From Atractiella rhizophila (taxonomy: Eukaryota), in NCBI GenBank assembly GCA_021432655.1, contig MU271307.1, positions 37,295 to 98,441 on the forward strand: a stretch of 61,147 bases of DNA, read 5' to 3'. The translations under genes and the position numbers were made by a program. Positions 11,056-24,799 of the stretch are shown piece after piece (within the stretch, counting starts at the first letter, position 1; each line of letters opens with the position of its first letter). The notes under the pieces were generated by a model, which saw nothing but the letters and a program-made list of their open reading frames with translations, did not search any database and was not told the DNA's origin.

Positions 11056-13429
11056 AAGGCAATGTAATAGCGCAGAGGTGTATGGATTGTGGTACTTGCG
11101 TAACTAGGAGGCATGGATATTGTACTGCTTGTGGTGCGTTCTTTTGCCTGTCCCTCTCTAAAACTTATGGTAGGTCTTCGGTCTGCGTTTAAAAGTTTGT
11201 TCTCCCCATTCTTTCCTTGGATTGAGTTTGCAACATTAAAATGTGGTCTCAGGACTCTCGGATCAAGACTAGTCAGTTCCATGTTCGACCAAGTCCTTAT
11301 CCCAGCCAGGAAGAAGCGGTAAGGCGTGCAAGACTGCATTCATCGAATGGATCGAAACGAGTAAAGGTTTGGACGCCTGCCTCTCTTTTGACAGGTACTC
11401 CTTCCATTTATTTTCCTGTGTGGATAATGAAACATGTTGCCAGGTGAACCTGTCCTCACCCAATCACGTCTTTCCGAGGTTCCTGCCATTCACTGGACAG
11501 CCGTCAACAAGATCCCGCAAAGGCTAACCATCCTCCCTCCTCCTCTGCAGTTGCCAAGCAATCCCAGCGGACGGAAATCAAGCGAGTCAGGCGAAGGACG
11601 ACAGGTCGAGGAACCCAAGGAGATATTTACACTGCCAGAGTGTGATCCCGCACGAGCGAAAGAACAGAGCGCCCGCCGCCTTCCAAGTTTGTCAGAGGTG
11701 TACCCTCGTGACAATGCGGAGGTATGGGGGTCACCAACGAATTCGAATGGGTATGAACCAATTGATCATTGCCAGTTGGGGATCTGTTCGTCCCAAGTCC
11801 CAACATTACAGCGCATTATTATGGCACCCCACACCCCCACAAACCCAGGCTAGGGTACGAAAGGCACCACCCGCTTCAGGGTACTCCTCATTCCCATTCT
11901 AACTGGTGAAACTCAGGAACGATTATTGGGGACTATAGTGGGAGATTTGTGGATGTGTCGTCAGAGCAAACGGGCACTCTTTCCGCGGTGAATTTTCAAA
12001 AGCGTGAAGGCTATGGAGGGAATGAATGTGTATAGTGCCGCTTGTTGGCTGGAATGACTCTATCATAAAGCAAACAATCTGTGATGTTGAAGTGGACAGC
12101 TTCCTGTAGACTGGTGGTGATACAGCTGGGGACGAAACGGAAGTATCCCAGTTGTCTATCTATTGATGGAAAGGAGTCACGTCAGACGACGCTTTGTGAC
12201 GTGTGCCAGCGCAGAAGAGAACGAGTGACGGTGACGAACAGGATTATGCAGAATGAGTAATAGGAAAATGCGAAGTAAACAGTCTGCCACAGTCGAGCTA
12301 GGATCCAGGGAAAAAGTTCACATCATTCTACTCCTTCGAGTCTGGTTTGTGGTTTCCCAAATCTTGGATAAAGCATCAACAAAACTTCAGGTGCACTTTT
12401 GCCATTTTGGATCTAGAAAGGGTATTGGTTCTGGAGGAAGCTGGCGACATGGCTCTGGTGCCGCTTTCTGGGATCGTGCTCAGGGGCATCCCACTTCGCG
12501 GTAGCGTGGAACCAGGAATGGTTTTTGATGAAGGGCTCGAAGGCGGTTGCTTTGGGGATTTTCTGGAACGCATTCTCCATGGGTTTGTGGTTTACCACCG
12601 CATTTACTACTTTTAGGGCTTTAGAGAGCAAGGAGTAGAAAGTTGGTGCACTGACGTCAGAGCCTAGGTGGTTGTTGGATGAGCCGAGTCTCAGCTTTAC
12701 CCCTTTGTTGGTTGATGGTTGGGGCACCGACGATCCTGGTTCGTCGCGCTGCGTGGTATTTTGGATTCCGACCATGGCGATGGGGCGGTGAGGGTTGGGG
12801 TGAGCTTTGGGAATAGGAGAGTGTGGGCGGAGAGGTGGAATTTGATGGTGACGTGGAAGGTTTATGGGGAGTGCGTTTAAAAGTCTGTGACTGGGATTGT
12901 GAGAAAAAATCAAATTAAATTAAAGAAAGAGATATACAGCTCTCTCTTGAGAAGCAAGAGGGTATCACTCTGATGTGCGAGAAGGAAAGGAATTGTTTTT
13001 CCCTCCACTTTACGAGCTCTTTCAAGGGACGGTGTCCGTCGCACGTGCCTTACTCTGGAGACGCAGCGTAAAGTGTGGATTCTAACACGACGCTTAGATG
13101 TCCACATTCTTGAAAGATTAACGGAGTGAGCATGCCATGCAATCAACCTCGTTATTCTCTTTCTTTTGGACGTTCTGGAATTCCAGGAAAAAGAAAGAAC
13201 AAAAGCGCTTTCTGTTCCGTAATCCGCTCCCTCGAATTAAGGCCATGTTCAGAGCGCCACAAACTGCAGGAATGATGGGATACTTTGGAAGGAAGTTGGG
13301 AGAAACTCTGGCGAAAACCGAGTATCTCCTAGATAAGCTGAAGAACAGATAATTTCTGAGATCTCCCTCGTCATCTATAATTTGATCTGCACTATAATAT
13401 ACCCGATTGTCAGGTTTGCATCTTACGCA

Positions 13430-13797
13430 AATCGGCGCCCGTTCACTGGATTGCGTCTCCTATCGCCCATTTGCGTTCCCTGCGAATCGGGGCCCGTTCG
13501 CCCGTTCGCCCATTTGCACCTACATCACCACTTAGCCCAATTGTGCCTATCCTCCTCTTATTAACTTCGCGTAATCCCACTGTCACTTCCCTTTTTAGTT
13601 CTCTTACATGTTTCATCTGCTCTCCTCTACGCTTTGTGGCAGTGTTATTCTGCTTGTATATATAGATCAGAGAGTGGAGGTGACCTTAGAGTATTCTCTT
13701 AGGTTTATCTCCACTACAGGTTAGTCTTCATGTCATATCATGCTCTTAGGTTTATCTCCACTACAGACGCATCGCCCATCGGCGACCGCACATAGTG
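13430..13797 (-). mobile_element. Possible CACTA-type terminus with subterminal repeats
   Basis: Ends ...GCACATAGTG at 13797 (reverse complement CACTATGTGC), with repeated same-orientation TCGCCC(A/G)T motifs. It abuts the point where the Helitron helicase breaks off. Confidence 0.4.
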
Positions 13798-13803
13798 TTT
13801 GCC

Positions 13804-16800
13804 CTAACACCGATCTCCTGTGGATTCGAGCCACTGAATCAAGCGATCGTTGATGCCATCCACATTCTTTGCTGCTAGAATCATACGAACCTGGAAGTAT
13901 TCTTGAAGGAAGCTCAGAGCAGGGATATTTGGCAGAGAACCTAGCTGTCCGTAAATTGAGCGCAACAGACCATCTAGTCCTTCATGGGATGGAATAATAG
14001 ACCCATCTGGTATCGTTAAGGCTCCACATCCATTGTCTGATGGATTATCAGTGAGACCATTTCCAACATCAAGGAGCCACTGGGCAAATCTGGTCGCATC
14101 CTCAAATTCAGCTGGTGTCATTTCCTGTTGGCCTCAAAGAAGGCGCATATTGGTTTTCAAAGGCAGGACTTGAACATTCGGCCAGAAGTAAGAATTAATG
14201 ATGCAGGCATCCACAATCTGAGCTCAGCTTCCATTTGGCACTACCGGAAGACACTTTCTGCCATCTCCTATGAACAGTATGTTAATAAAGAACTACTTAA
14301 AGGGAAGTATCATACCACAGAAAACCATTAGTGTTCCTCCAAGTGGTCTTGAATCCTTTTTAAGGTCCTGCCCCAACCGATCCACACAGCAGACAGAGAG
14401 GCAATCACTCATAATGGCTTCATCCCACAGGATAATTTCTGCCTTGACATATAGCCTTCCATGATCACTTTGAGCGGAAATACCACAAACTGATTGCGCA
14501 TCTGCATTGAGGGGAATCTTGAATCGCGTATGAGCGGTACGACCACCTTCAAGCAGAATAGCAGCAATTCCAGAAGAGGCTACTGCTAGTGCAATCTTCT
14601 CGGATGATCTTACACTCGCCAGTATAACATTCTGAACAAAAGTCTTTCCAGTTCCTCTGGGCCCATCAAGAAAGAAGAGTCTTCCAGTGCCACTCTGCCA
14701 GGCTTCGATGATTGTATCGTATGCATGTCGTTGATCCTCATTCATAAGAGGAAGATCCCTATCAAGACGTTGCTCCAACTCTGTAACGTTGTATGCCAGC
14801 TCTTCTCCAATTATTCTTGTCTCTCCTCTCCATCGTCCAAACCTGTGAGCAGGTAATGGCAGCCTATACTCCTCTAGTGTCTTGCCTAGACCATGTAGCA
14901 GATCCTCTAGTTCGATAAGGCATAAGTCTCGGATCTGATCTTCAGAAGGTGCAGCGATTCCATAAACTGTTTGCAGACGATGCGCACAATCATCATTGAG
15001 CTTGTCATAGTGTCTTCGAAACAGTTGTAATGGTTCGCTGGCAACTCCAAAGACCACAATATAGACAAAAAGAGAACGGATTGCTGATCCTCGTTTGATT
15101 GCGTTGGCATCTTCCAGACACAGATCCCATTCTTCGTCACTTTCCAGTAGACCTGACGCCACACAGGCTGCTTTGAATGTTTCGTGAACTTGACCATCAA
15201 TTGTACAAATATCTTCAAAAGATTTAGGACTGGGGATCTTGTGAAGAAGTAGTCGAAGATAAAAGAGCTCCCCTTGTGACGGCGCAATATAATATATCCG
15301 ACCAATAGCATCACCTTTCTCACGTATCTTCCAGCGCTTTGAACTACTCTGCCAGACCAAATGTCGAGGTGCTTGAGGATAGGTCCACAATCGGGAGGCC
15401 TGGGGAGAGTCACAGCAAAATTGGAAAAATTTGCTAAGCATTGTTTTCCCAATGTTTCTCCTTAAAAGTATATCTTCAGGTTGATCATCTTCTGCATTAA
15501 AAATGACCATCTGTTGATTTGGAAGATGAATGCTCAGTCGAATCACAGTTGGAGAGTGATCATGAAGCTTGAAGTGGAAAATTCGCCAGCATGCTACAAC
15601 CATACTTAACCCTTAACCTTTGAGGAATGGACTGAACAAACCTTCTGAAGCACCCACATATCGTGCATCTAAATACTCTTTAATCTCATCCACTGGCTCT
15701 CTTACTCCACTGAAATCTGATTCTATGACTAATTGTGCTCTATCCGGGCCCTTGTATACGTGTTTGAATATATACTTGACTGAACGATTTGAGATACAGA
15801 TCTCAGTGTTGATATGAGCCAGAAACTTCCTCAGGACCTAAGCATTAAAAGGCACTACCCATCGATTACCATATATAAACTCTTGGCCACGTATCATCTT
15901 GCGAAAAACCCAGCCGTCGTTACGCCGCCGATAGGTAGGGTAGCCATTATCATTGATTCTTGTTTCCTCAACAAAAGACTTGGGATACCCTTTGCCACAC
16001 TTCCCATTGACCTGCAAGGTGCATCTGGATTATGTTCACCACATGGGCCATGTAGCATATGCTTGGTGACTATTTCAAATAATACAGGATCCTTGTCCAG
16101 ATCAGGTAGCTCTGCTTGAATTACTTGATCAATAGTTGCCTCGTCCCTGATAAGATCTTCAGGATGAAGAATCAACAGGATGTGCGCATGTGGTAACCCC
16201 TCTTCTGAAATTCAATGACCCAGACATATCCGATAACCCTTCCAAAGATCTGTCGTACCACTAAATCCTTGATGTACTCCAGAGCCTTCAGTCGAAAAAC
16301 CCCTTGAAACCAAATCTGGCCGATGCTCTGGTTTTTGTCCTGGTAGGAGGGCTTCCGTGATCTCTGCCCAGTGTAGGTTGCAAGTGAAGGTTGTAAAGAT
16401 ATTTGAGGGTCCTTTGGCACCGACTATACTCATTGCATCCTGGAACAGCTGATTCATTGAATGTGGACTGCCTGTGAAACTTGATTGTAATATAGTCCGC
16501 CTCCCGATATCTTCTAAAGAATAGCCTTCTGCAAGGGCATCCATAAGACCTTGATACACCTCGGCTCGAAGAATAGACTGATTGAACCGCAGATAGCGGA
16601 GTCGATTCGCCTCAATTTGAGCATAAGCATCGACTACCAATTCTTACAATAGCCCACCACCGTAGAGAGGGAGTGAGAATATATCATTTCGTTGATGCAA
16701 CATGTAAGAATAGAACTCCATTTGGCTGACACGTTGTCGAACCCCAGAATTACCAACTTGCATGCCATCATCATTGAAATGCTCTCGCTCGCGAGGAGGA

Positions 16801-17710
16801 AGATCCGCAGGCAGGTCTCGATACAGAATCTGCGGATGCCATCCTTGGTCCCCATATGGAAACAGAAGAGGAAAACGAAGTGGAAGATAATTTGAGTTGA
16901 GCTCATTCACACGCTGTAAGTTGCTACCAGTCATGGTTGACCTGAGCTGGATGACAATATCCCTGGCCACTCCATATTCTTCTCTGTTACTGTCTCCTAC
17001 CATCACTACAGCAACTTCACTGGCTACAGGAATGTTGTAGCGTCTTGGGTCCCTATCTTGTGGGGCGACTGTGCGAAGATGTAGTGTTGTAGTGGGATCC
17101 TGTTCCATTCTTTCTTTTGCAAATTTGTAGATCCTGGGATATGGGTTAACACGGAAGAGCATAGCCTGAAGGTCTTCAAGCGTCCTATGATTCAGTGATA
17201 TTGAAGTGTTGCCAACTCTTCGTTCAGTCTGTACAGCTGAATCTGTAATGTAGACCTGTGCAAATGTTTCACACCATTCTTGTTGTGGTAAGAGAGTACC
17301 AATAAGGTGGCACAGCTCTCCCTGAATTTTGAAGGAGTAGGGACCATGTCCAGGAATTGATACATGGCAGACACCTAAGGATGTAAAGGCAAAAGCATTA
17401 TTGAATACCCTGATATACTCTTAAAATGCCCTTGATTCTGTAATGATTGTTCCTCTCAGATATGTATATGCAATAAATTCAATGGAAATACTTACCTGTT
17501 GTATTGTGATGTGTAAAAAGCTTTCGTAGCTCTTCAGGTGGAGGCCAGGGAACAGGTAGCAGCACCTTGCCATGGAGACAGCACAATGTAAACTTTGGAT
17601 TTCATTGTGGGCTGTTAACGATCTTCTCTTCCATCCAATGAAAGGCTTTGCAATGTGTACAGAGTAATTCCCAAGTAGAGGGGTGGTGTGCCTCAAGATC
17701 CATATCAAGT
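13804..17710 (-). pseudogene. Helitron Rep/helicase (HUH endonuclease plus Pif1-family helicase), frameshifted
   Basis: CPYCKAFHW...CCLHGKV zinc motif; YLPLRFPLLFPYG; FTTFTCN; VIEFQKRG/PHAH; HMLHGPCG; YIFKHVYKGPD; FFLDGPRGTGKT, VASSGIAA, GGRTAHTRFKIP, ILWDEA; FAQWLLDVGNG. Multiple stops and frameshifts. Confidence 0.95.
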
Positions 17711-18860
17711 GAGTAGTTGAATGCAGGATAGTGATGTTGCCTCATTTCGCCTCGCAACAATGGGACTAATGCCCTATCCTCATCACTGTCCGCACAATCA
17801 TGATCAGGAGAGGATGGGTATGATCGGGCTTCTTCTTCACTGTACTCCTCAGGGGAGGGTGAACGCTGTCTCTGATGTCGTCGAGCTGGTCATGACGATA
17901 TAGACAGTGAAGAGCTTCGACGACACCGCTGATGTGGAGCCCTAGTTGATCTTGTCTCGTGTTGAAGTGGAGTAGGTGGAGTAGGATTGAAACATGCAGG
18001 GCGTCGCCTCTCTCTTATAGGTCGACCTTGGTGTAGTGGTGCAGACACGGAGGCTGTTTGGATCGGCGCTCTCGATTTCTTGTTTGATTTCTCTGAATTG
18101 CACGTGGCATGAGAGTGTAGCTTGCTGCACATAACAAAATGATATAAGCGAAGAATATATAAGTCAGAGTCCACACACCTATGCTTTTTTGGTTGATTTG
18201 ATTTGATGGTAAAGGGCTCAGGGATAATATGGTAGACTGTTAGGAAGTATATTGGTGGCGAAAGACATTGCTTTCACTTGCATGAATGCTTCTCACTTTC
18301 CCTCATAGTTGGCAAGCAACAGTTTTTGGCGCACGACATGAGAAATCTCAGAAAGCGCTGAAGAAATTGCGTGCACGCAGTTTGCGCACAATGGGTTTTG
18401 GCGGTGACAAAATGTTACATGACTGAGAATCAAACCCAGACCAACACAAATCACTTAAAACTTGACTTTCAACCATACACCAACTCCACCACAGGACAAA
18501 CTTGGATACTTCATGACCTTACTTTGTGTAGGTAACGCAAATTTGCTCAAAGTGCCAAGAAGTCACCTAACTCAGTGACTGAAACACTTTGTTTCGTCTT
18601 TCAAATGGGCTTTGCTGTATACGGTTCGAAGGCCGCCGACACGTGTATTCTCGTGGTATGCTCAGGAGTATGAAAGAGTTGTTGTGGGTGGTGATATAAG
18701 GGCTCAAAAGTACATGTGTGAGTCATGGAAAGCTGGGGGAGTCCCGCTGTTTTTCAATAAAAAGTGGTTGACTATGCTGTTAGGAACATGCTGAGAGATA
18801 ATCAGTGATCAATTACTCATAACACTACTTTGGAAACTACATTATCTCTTACATTGAGTG

Positions 18861-21800
18861 TAAGGCTCCCACATGGGCTGACAACTCGCGGGATCCCTCT
18901 GGCCCGTCCCTTCCCCTTCCCCTTACGGGGTTTACCCGCAGGGTTACGGGGACCGATGGTATGGGGATGAGGTGAGGATTTCTCAAAAAATTCTTTTGTG
19001 GATGTGGATCTCCGCATGGTTCAGTGCGTGGTTCAATCCGATGTGACGCATGGCGCGTAGGAGCAGGAAAGGAGGAACAGCCGCCACAGTAAGCCCTCAA
19101 TTTTTTCAGACCTGCGTTCTGTCATGGCATCCACCTATCCTTCTTCTCCAGGGAATCTCTCCACCTCCACTTCCACTATTGATCTGACCACTTCTCCCAC
19201 CCCTTCCCAAATAGATTCCACGAAACGGATAGTGAGGGGGAGAAAGCAAAACCTTCAAAGAAGCTGCCGAAGTGAACAAGCATTAATGATACGAAAGCTG
19301 TTCTTGATTATGCTGCTGAGCAGAAGTGGACAGACAATGACCTGATAGGTGCGCCGTATCTTTGTTTGAATGCACCAAGTATATCTTAATGGGTGCTTGT
19401 GTGAAGATCTTGATGTCGCATGCTGGACCGCCGAATGTTACAGGCACTTCAAGACTCGACCTATCCTTGAGCGCACCACCTTTGAAAAAGATGTCAAAGG
19501 CGGAAGAGCTGGGGATCCACATATCAAATACACCTGGACTTGCCGTCAAGACCCTCAGCATACCTTTTCACGCTTTCGAGATGACACTAGTACAAAAGAC
19601 ATGACGAAAGAAGTTGACAAATGCATGGTTTGTCACTCATAGATTTGTGATAGTGATTGAACTGAGGTCTTTCTAGAAAGCTCAGACAAACAAGCAGTCA
19701 ACTCTTGCCTCGGATGACAGCGGCAATGTGACAACAGCTGACAAGCCGTATGTCATCAGGGTCTATTGCGCACTCTGGACCGCTACAGCCAGCCGACCTT
19801 TCGAGATCACCCGTGACAAATACTTCACCCAGCTCTTACACAGCGTCCACCGGGTCAGCAGCACTCACAATCCCAATCCTCAGCAAATCTCAGCAGATGC
19901 TAAAACATTGCATGAACGCATGAAGGTCCACATCAAGCGAAATCTTGCGGTCTGCTATTTCTTTTTTTGCCTTCATTGTAATGTACTGACCACTGTGGTG
20001 TATCTACATAGACACTCCAGTGCTGCAAGTACAGTTCAATTTCACTCGATGGCTAGACCTCTCCTCATGGCTTTAGCTACATTGCGGTCATATTCCACTA
20101 TCATGACGGCGGGAACATGAAGCAGATCGGGCTGGGTTTCATCAGGTCCACATATTTGTTTCCTTTGTTTTCAGTTTATTTACTTATCCTATCCATGGAA
20201 TAGAATGAAGGAGTCCCATACAGGATTCAACATGGCTGCAGCAGTATTTGAGCTTTTGGTTGAGTTTGGCCTCCAATCAAAGGTAACGTTATTCTATTTT
20301 CCTTTCATCCGCTGATATTACGTTTAGGTCTTTGCTGCAATCAGTGACAATGCATCCAACAACGATACATTTGTTGATTGCCTCCAGGATTATAGTGGCA
20401 TGCATGCATTCCGCGGCACTCAAACAAGGGTGCGGTGTTTCAACCACATCCTCAATCTTGTAATGAAGGTACACATTGTTCATGACCCCTTGTGTTTTGT
20501 AACATGATGTAACCATAATACCTTTCCCAGGCATTCTTCTCCCGGTTTGAAAAGCCAGTTACCAAGAAGGCAACAAATGTGCGGGCTCTGAACGTTAGAG
20601 AGCCAGATGATGTGGCTCTTGCCGAGCTGGAAGAAGAGATTGAGATTGCCTTCCGAGACGAGTTGGCAAAACGAGGTAACTCTTGCCCTTGTTTGCCTTC
20701 TGCCACTTACAGTACTGGCTCATCCATAGACAAAGATGCTCAGGAGACAGATGAAGCAGTGATTCTTCAAGAAGCCGAAGAACAGCAACAAGCAAAGATC
20801 AAGCCGACGGACAAGGAGTTGAAGACAGCTCGCTTTGCAATTACTAAGGTTTGTTCCACTTCTTTTCGACACATTTTGCTTGTTTATAAGAAGAAAACAG
20901 CTTACAGCTCTTGCAAGACGTGTACGAGACTCATCCGAACGTTTGGGAGCTGAGCTGTCAGAGGCGGTAAAGCGACAACAAGAACGAGACCCAGACAGCC
21001 CTCTCAAAGATGTTGATCCTGAACTGAAGCTTATTCGGCATTGTCCGACTCGATGGAATGGTAAAGGTGATATGATTGAACGAGCTCTACTCTTGGAGCC
21101 AGGCCTCACTCAGCTAACAGCAGTTCCGTTAAATGGTTTGGAAAAATGTCGGCTGACTGCGGCGGAATGAACAATCCTGAAAGAGATGAAACCCACCTTG
21201 AATGTAGGTTTCTCTCTTGTTCCCACAGCTGTTCTCATTGATTCGTTCCGTAGTTGGCAAAGACAATCACTCTTCAACAGTCGAATGCTAACGTCTCCCA
21301 TTTAGGAGAAATTATCGTCCTTTTCAATAACCTTGGCCAACATCTTTCGACTTTGTACGAGCCAAAAGCAGATGGCACCAGACCAAAGGTACACAAGTCG
21401 ATTCAAGCTGGTGCAGAGTTGGCACACAAAGTGCTAGATAAGTACTACACGAAATGTGCAGACAAATCAGACATTTATCCTTGGGCTATAGGTAAAACTT
21501 TCATTCTAAGTCTTCTCGCTCCCTTTCCAGAATGCTGAGTGTATTGATGTCAGCTGTTCACCCTCAGCGACGAATTGAGTATCTGCGTTGCCTTGGATGG
21601 GATGAAGAAGTGGATATCAAGCCTCCGATGGACAGGTTGGTCAAATTCTGGGAAGAGTTCTACAAACCAAAGAATATGCACCGTGACCACAATGGGGATT
21701 GAGCTTGCACTCCAGCGAGTTCGTCCACTTTTCTAATCGACTGCCATTTTCTCATTGGCTCTTATTTTGTCAATGAAGGCCAACTTATCTCTTGCGGAGT

Positions 21801-22560
21801 ATGATCCACAATTAATGGCCAGCTTTCAAAATCCTCGGAGAGCAGATGATGAGGCTAACCGTGTGAAGGAGTTTGTTGAAGCACCGGCAGATTCTATGTG
21901 GGTTTTTGAGAAGAAGGAGGATGTCGAGGTTGTAAACTTAGTGCAAATTGACCCACTTCAGTACCATTATAACAAGTGGGACCCATGCTCAGAACCGGTC
22001 CTGAAAAGCTTCCATCAAATGTGCATGGACATATCTGCTGTCCCATGTAAGTGATTCAGCCAATTGTCCTTCCTTCTAACATATCTCTTAGCAACCTCCA
22101 CCGATGTTGAACGTGAGTTCTCAGATGGACGCCTGATTGCATCTTATTTGCAGCTCTCCATGTCAGATGTGACCTTTCGCTCTCAAGTGATGCTCCGTCT
22201 TTGGGATGAAGCTAAAGTGCTCCCGCCACTTAAGGAAATGGTTCAAATGTTAAAGGAGGAGAGGGTGGATAGGTTGGAGCAGAGTCGGGAAAAGAGACAA
22301 CAGAGGGACGGCAGTTGAAGACGTAACTAATCGTCAATCTCATGTCTGGTGCTGATTATTTGCGTAAAATTATTATCCATTATCTCATTGGTCTGATCCC
22401 TCGGGGTACCTGAGAGCTGTTTCCCCGTAGGGTCCTCTTCCCCTTCCCCGTCATGGGGTGCGCCTACGGGGGGAGGGAAGGGGATGGGTTGACTTTTTAA
22501 ACCTCAAACCCCGCACGGGTTTCCCCATACGGGCCACGGGCACCCCGTATGGGAGCCTTA
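18861..22560 (+). mobile_element. Complete hAT DNA transposon with TIRs and an 8-bp TSD
   Basis: TIR TAAGGCTCCCA at 18861 and its complement TGGGAGCCTTA ending at 22560. Identical 8-bp TSD ATTGAGTG at 18853-18860 and 22561-22568. ACCC/CGGG-rich subterminal regions. Confidence 0.95.
19124..22318 (+). pseudogene. hAT transposase (intron-containing, with premature stops)
   Basis: SLDG*TSP (DGW motif), SDNASNN, RCFNHILNL, CPTRWN, VLDKYY, and the C-terminal dimerisation motif ATSTDVEREFS. Confidence 0.9.
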
Positions 22561-23895
22561 ATTGAGTGCAGGCACTCATGGCTTCAAGAGTGACAAAATG
22601 TGAAGGAACTGAGAATCGAACCAACACCAACAGGAAAATTAGGTTACATTCTCACATAACATCAACTACACCACTGCACAAACTCTTTACCTTGTCAGCT
22701 TATTTGAGTAGGTAAGGAAATTTCTGTCAAAGTGCCGAAGTCAGTCACTTGACTCAGTCATGGAAGACAACTATTTTTTGTCCTTTAAATAAGCTTTATT
22801 GTATACAGTTGGAAAGGTGCTGACACACGTATTCTGGTGGTATGCTCAGAATTTGATGGGGTTGTTGTGGACCAAGAAGTCAATTGAGTCAGTAAGGAAA
22901 ACAATTTTTTTTTCGTCTTTCAAATAGGCTTTGCTGTATACGTTTCGAAAGGCGCCGACACGCGTATTCTGATGGTATGCTCAGATTACTGGCAGGGTTG
23001 TTGTGGGTGATGAGAGAAGGGGCTCAAAAGTACATGTGTGAGTCATGCTAAAAACCCGTCGTGTTTTATATATAAGGATGTGGGGGTCAGACCCCAAAGG
23101 CAGACACCTAAAGCCCCTCAAGATGGCTTGTCAGACTCATTTTAAAGTTCTGGTTGCCCCTTGATACTAGACTCGAACCCTTAACTGAGTCACCTTAGGG
23201 TTCAGGCTCATGCCCCTTGTGAATGGGTTGGCGGGCTTGAAATTTTGAAAGATGATGAGAGGTGTTCAAAACCTTCACTGTATTATTAGACATCTGCATT
23301 TTGGCTAGGGTCCCTCCCTCTGCTCCCTGCCATAACTGAGATACAACAGGAGTTGAGCGGAAGAGGGACAGACTACCCTAGCAGTGTCATCTATTGTCTC
23401 CTCATCAAGATCGACGATTATTGCTTCTGCTCATTGCCCACCAGACCTCTTCCCTTCATTGCTGCCGACACTTTGCCACAGTCTGCATGTTCAACCCACA
23501 TTCAACTACTCCTGCAAGCTCCTACGTCTGCCCTGAGGAATCTGCCGATTCCTCTTCCGAAATCCTTCCTGATTGCTCCTTAGATATAACCATTCACGGT
23601 GCCAAGATATCATCACTCAACATCAAACTCCCTTGATTTACGGCCTTGATAAAGTGACAGAGGGAAGAGGAAGAAAGCAATAAGGGATCTGGAAAGTCCG
23701 AGAGGCACAAGGAGTTTTCGTGTGCTTAGGGCATCCAGCAAACTGGTCGCTGCCAGGGTTTGTATAAGTGGTCAGAGGCCACAAGCCAAAAAAGGTTTTG
23801 CGCTTCAATTTTGAGAAAATTTGCAGGCAAAAAGCAGGTCACAACTGGTCGATCAGTTTTATAACCCCCTTGGGCGATGGGGCTGCTTCTTTTTA

Positions 23896-24250
23896 TCTAT
23901 TCTTCTAAGATTCACCAGTTCTTGGCATGAGTCATAAAATGCACTTTTGAGCCTTCATACCTCCCTCACCAGGCACATTGAAAAGAAATGAATTATACCA
24001 TCTTACTGCATATGGTCATGCCTTTCTGAAGCCATGAGGAAATTTTATTCTGAAGGAGGTAAAGAAATATGTTTCAACTGGACTCGAACCCTGACAAGAG
24101 TCACAGTAGGGTTCAAGGGGCCATGCCTCCTTGCGAGTGGGTTGGGAGGCCTGGGGACAAAGGGTGTTGATACACTTATCCTTCTATTCTTCTAAGAGCG
24201 TTGGGTTTCTTGGCATGAGTCATAAGACGCACTTTTGAGCCCTCACACCC
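23896..24250 (+). mobile_element. Two further Helitron-type 5' ends (A|TC at 23896 and 24179)
   Basis: Both read A|TC..TATTCTTCTAAGA...TTCTTGGCATGAGTCATAA..GCACTTTTGAGCC, similar to the GCATGACTCACACATGTACTTTTGAGCCC module at the 23078 and 30473 ends. Confidence 0.55.
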
Positions 24251-24799
24251 TGTGAGTGGTTTCCTTGTTTTCCTGTATTTTCCAGCTTTCTGCAACAAAT
24301 TTCACCAAATACCCACTATATTGCCACTTTCTCCGCTCTGTTCACACAACAATGAATAAATCTAAAGTTGAAGCGGAGGCGGAAAAAATGGGAATTTCCT
24401 GGCTCTTGCAAGCGAAACCGGAGCAAAATGTATTGGCATAGCAAAGATGTGTGTGGAAATCCTCTTTTCTACTCATGGGTTACCGTAATTGCCTCCTCAG
24501 ATTTCTGTCACAGGCATTCGTGTCCTTCTCATCTTATGAAACTTCCCCACATAGCTGACATTGGACACATTACAATGCCTTCATCAGTCTCTCGGTGGCT
24601 TTGTGAGCATTCAGATGGATGTTGCTAGCTCGAAAGATGTCAAATGCAACATGGACTCAAATTAGAAGCTTGTCGCACTTCATACCTTCAGATGTTTGCA
24701 TTATGGGATGTGGAAGGTATGTGTGCCATGTGCTCTGTTATACATCTGATGCATATTCATATCTTCACTGCAGTGATGTCGTCATAAGAAGGCAGCTCA

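Larger units (their letters stand above)
13800..23078 (-). mobile_element. Decayed, 3'-truncated Helitron interrupted by a hAT element
   Basis: 5' end A|TCCTTATATATAAAA at 23078 on the minus strand, duplicated subterminal modules (~18400-18730 and ~22590-23050), and a RepHel pseudogene downstream. Confidence 0.75.

Noticed and set aside
11113..12913. ORFs 11434-11853 (+) and 12413-12913 (-)
   Set aside because: Low-complexity Pro/Ser-rich translations with no recognisable family and an ambiguous frame.
13390..13797. CACTAT...ATAGTG as a complete MITE, or a solo LTR at ~13542-13765
   Set aside because: Only 6 bp of terminal match, and no TSD for either interpretation.
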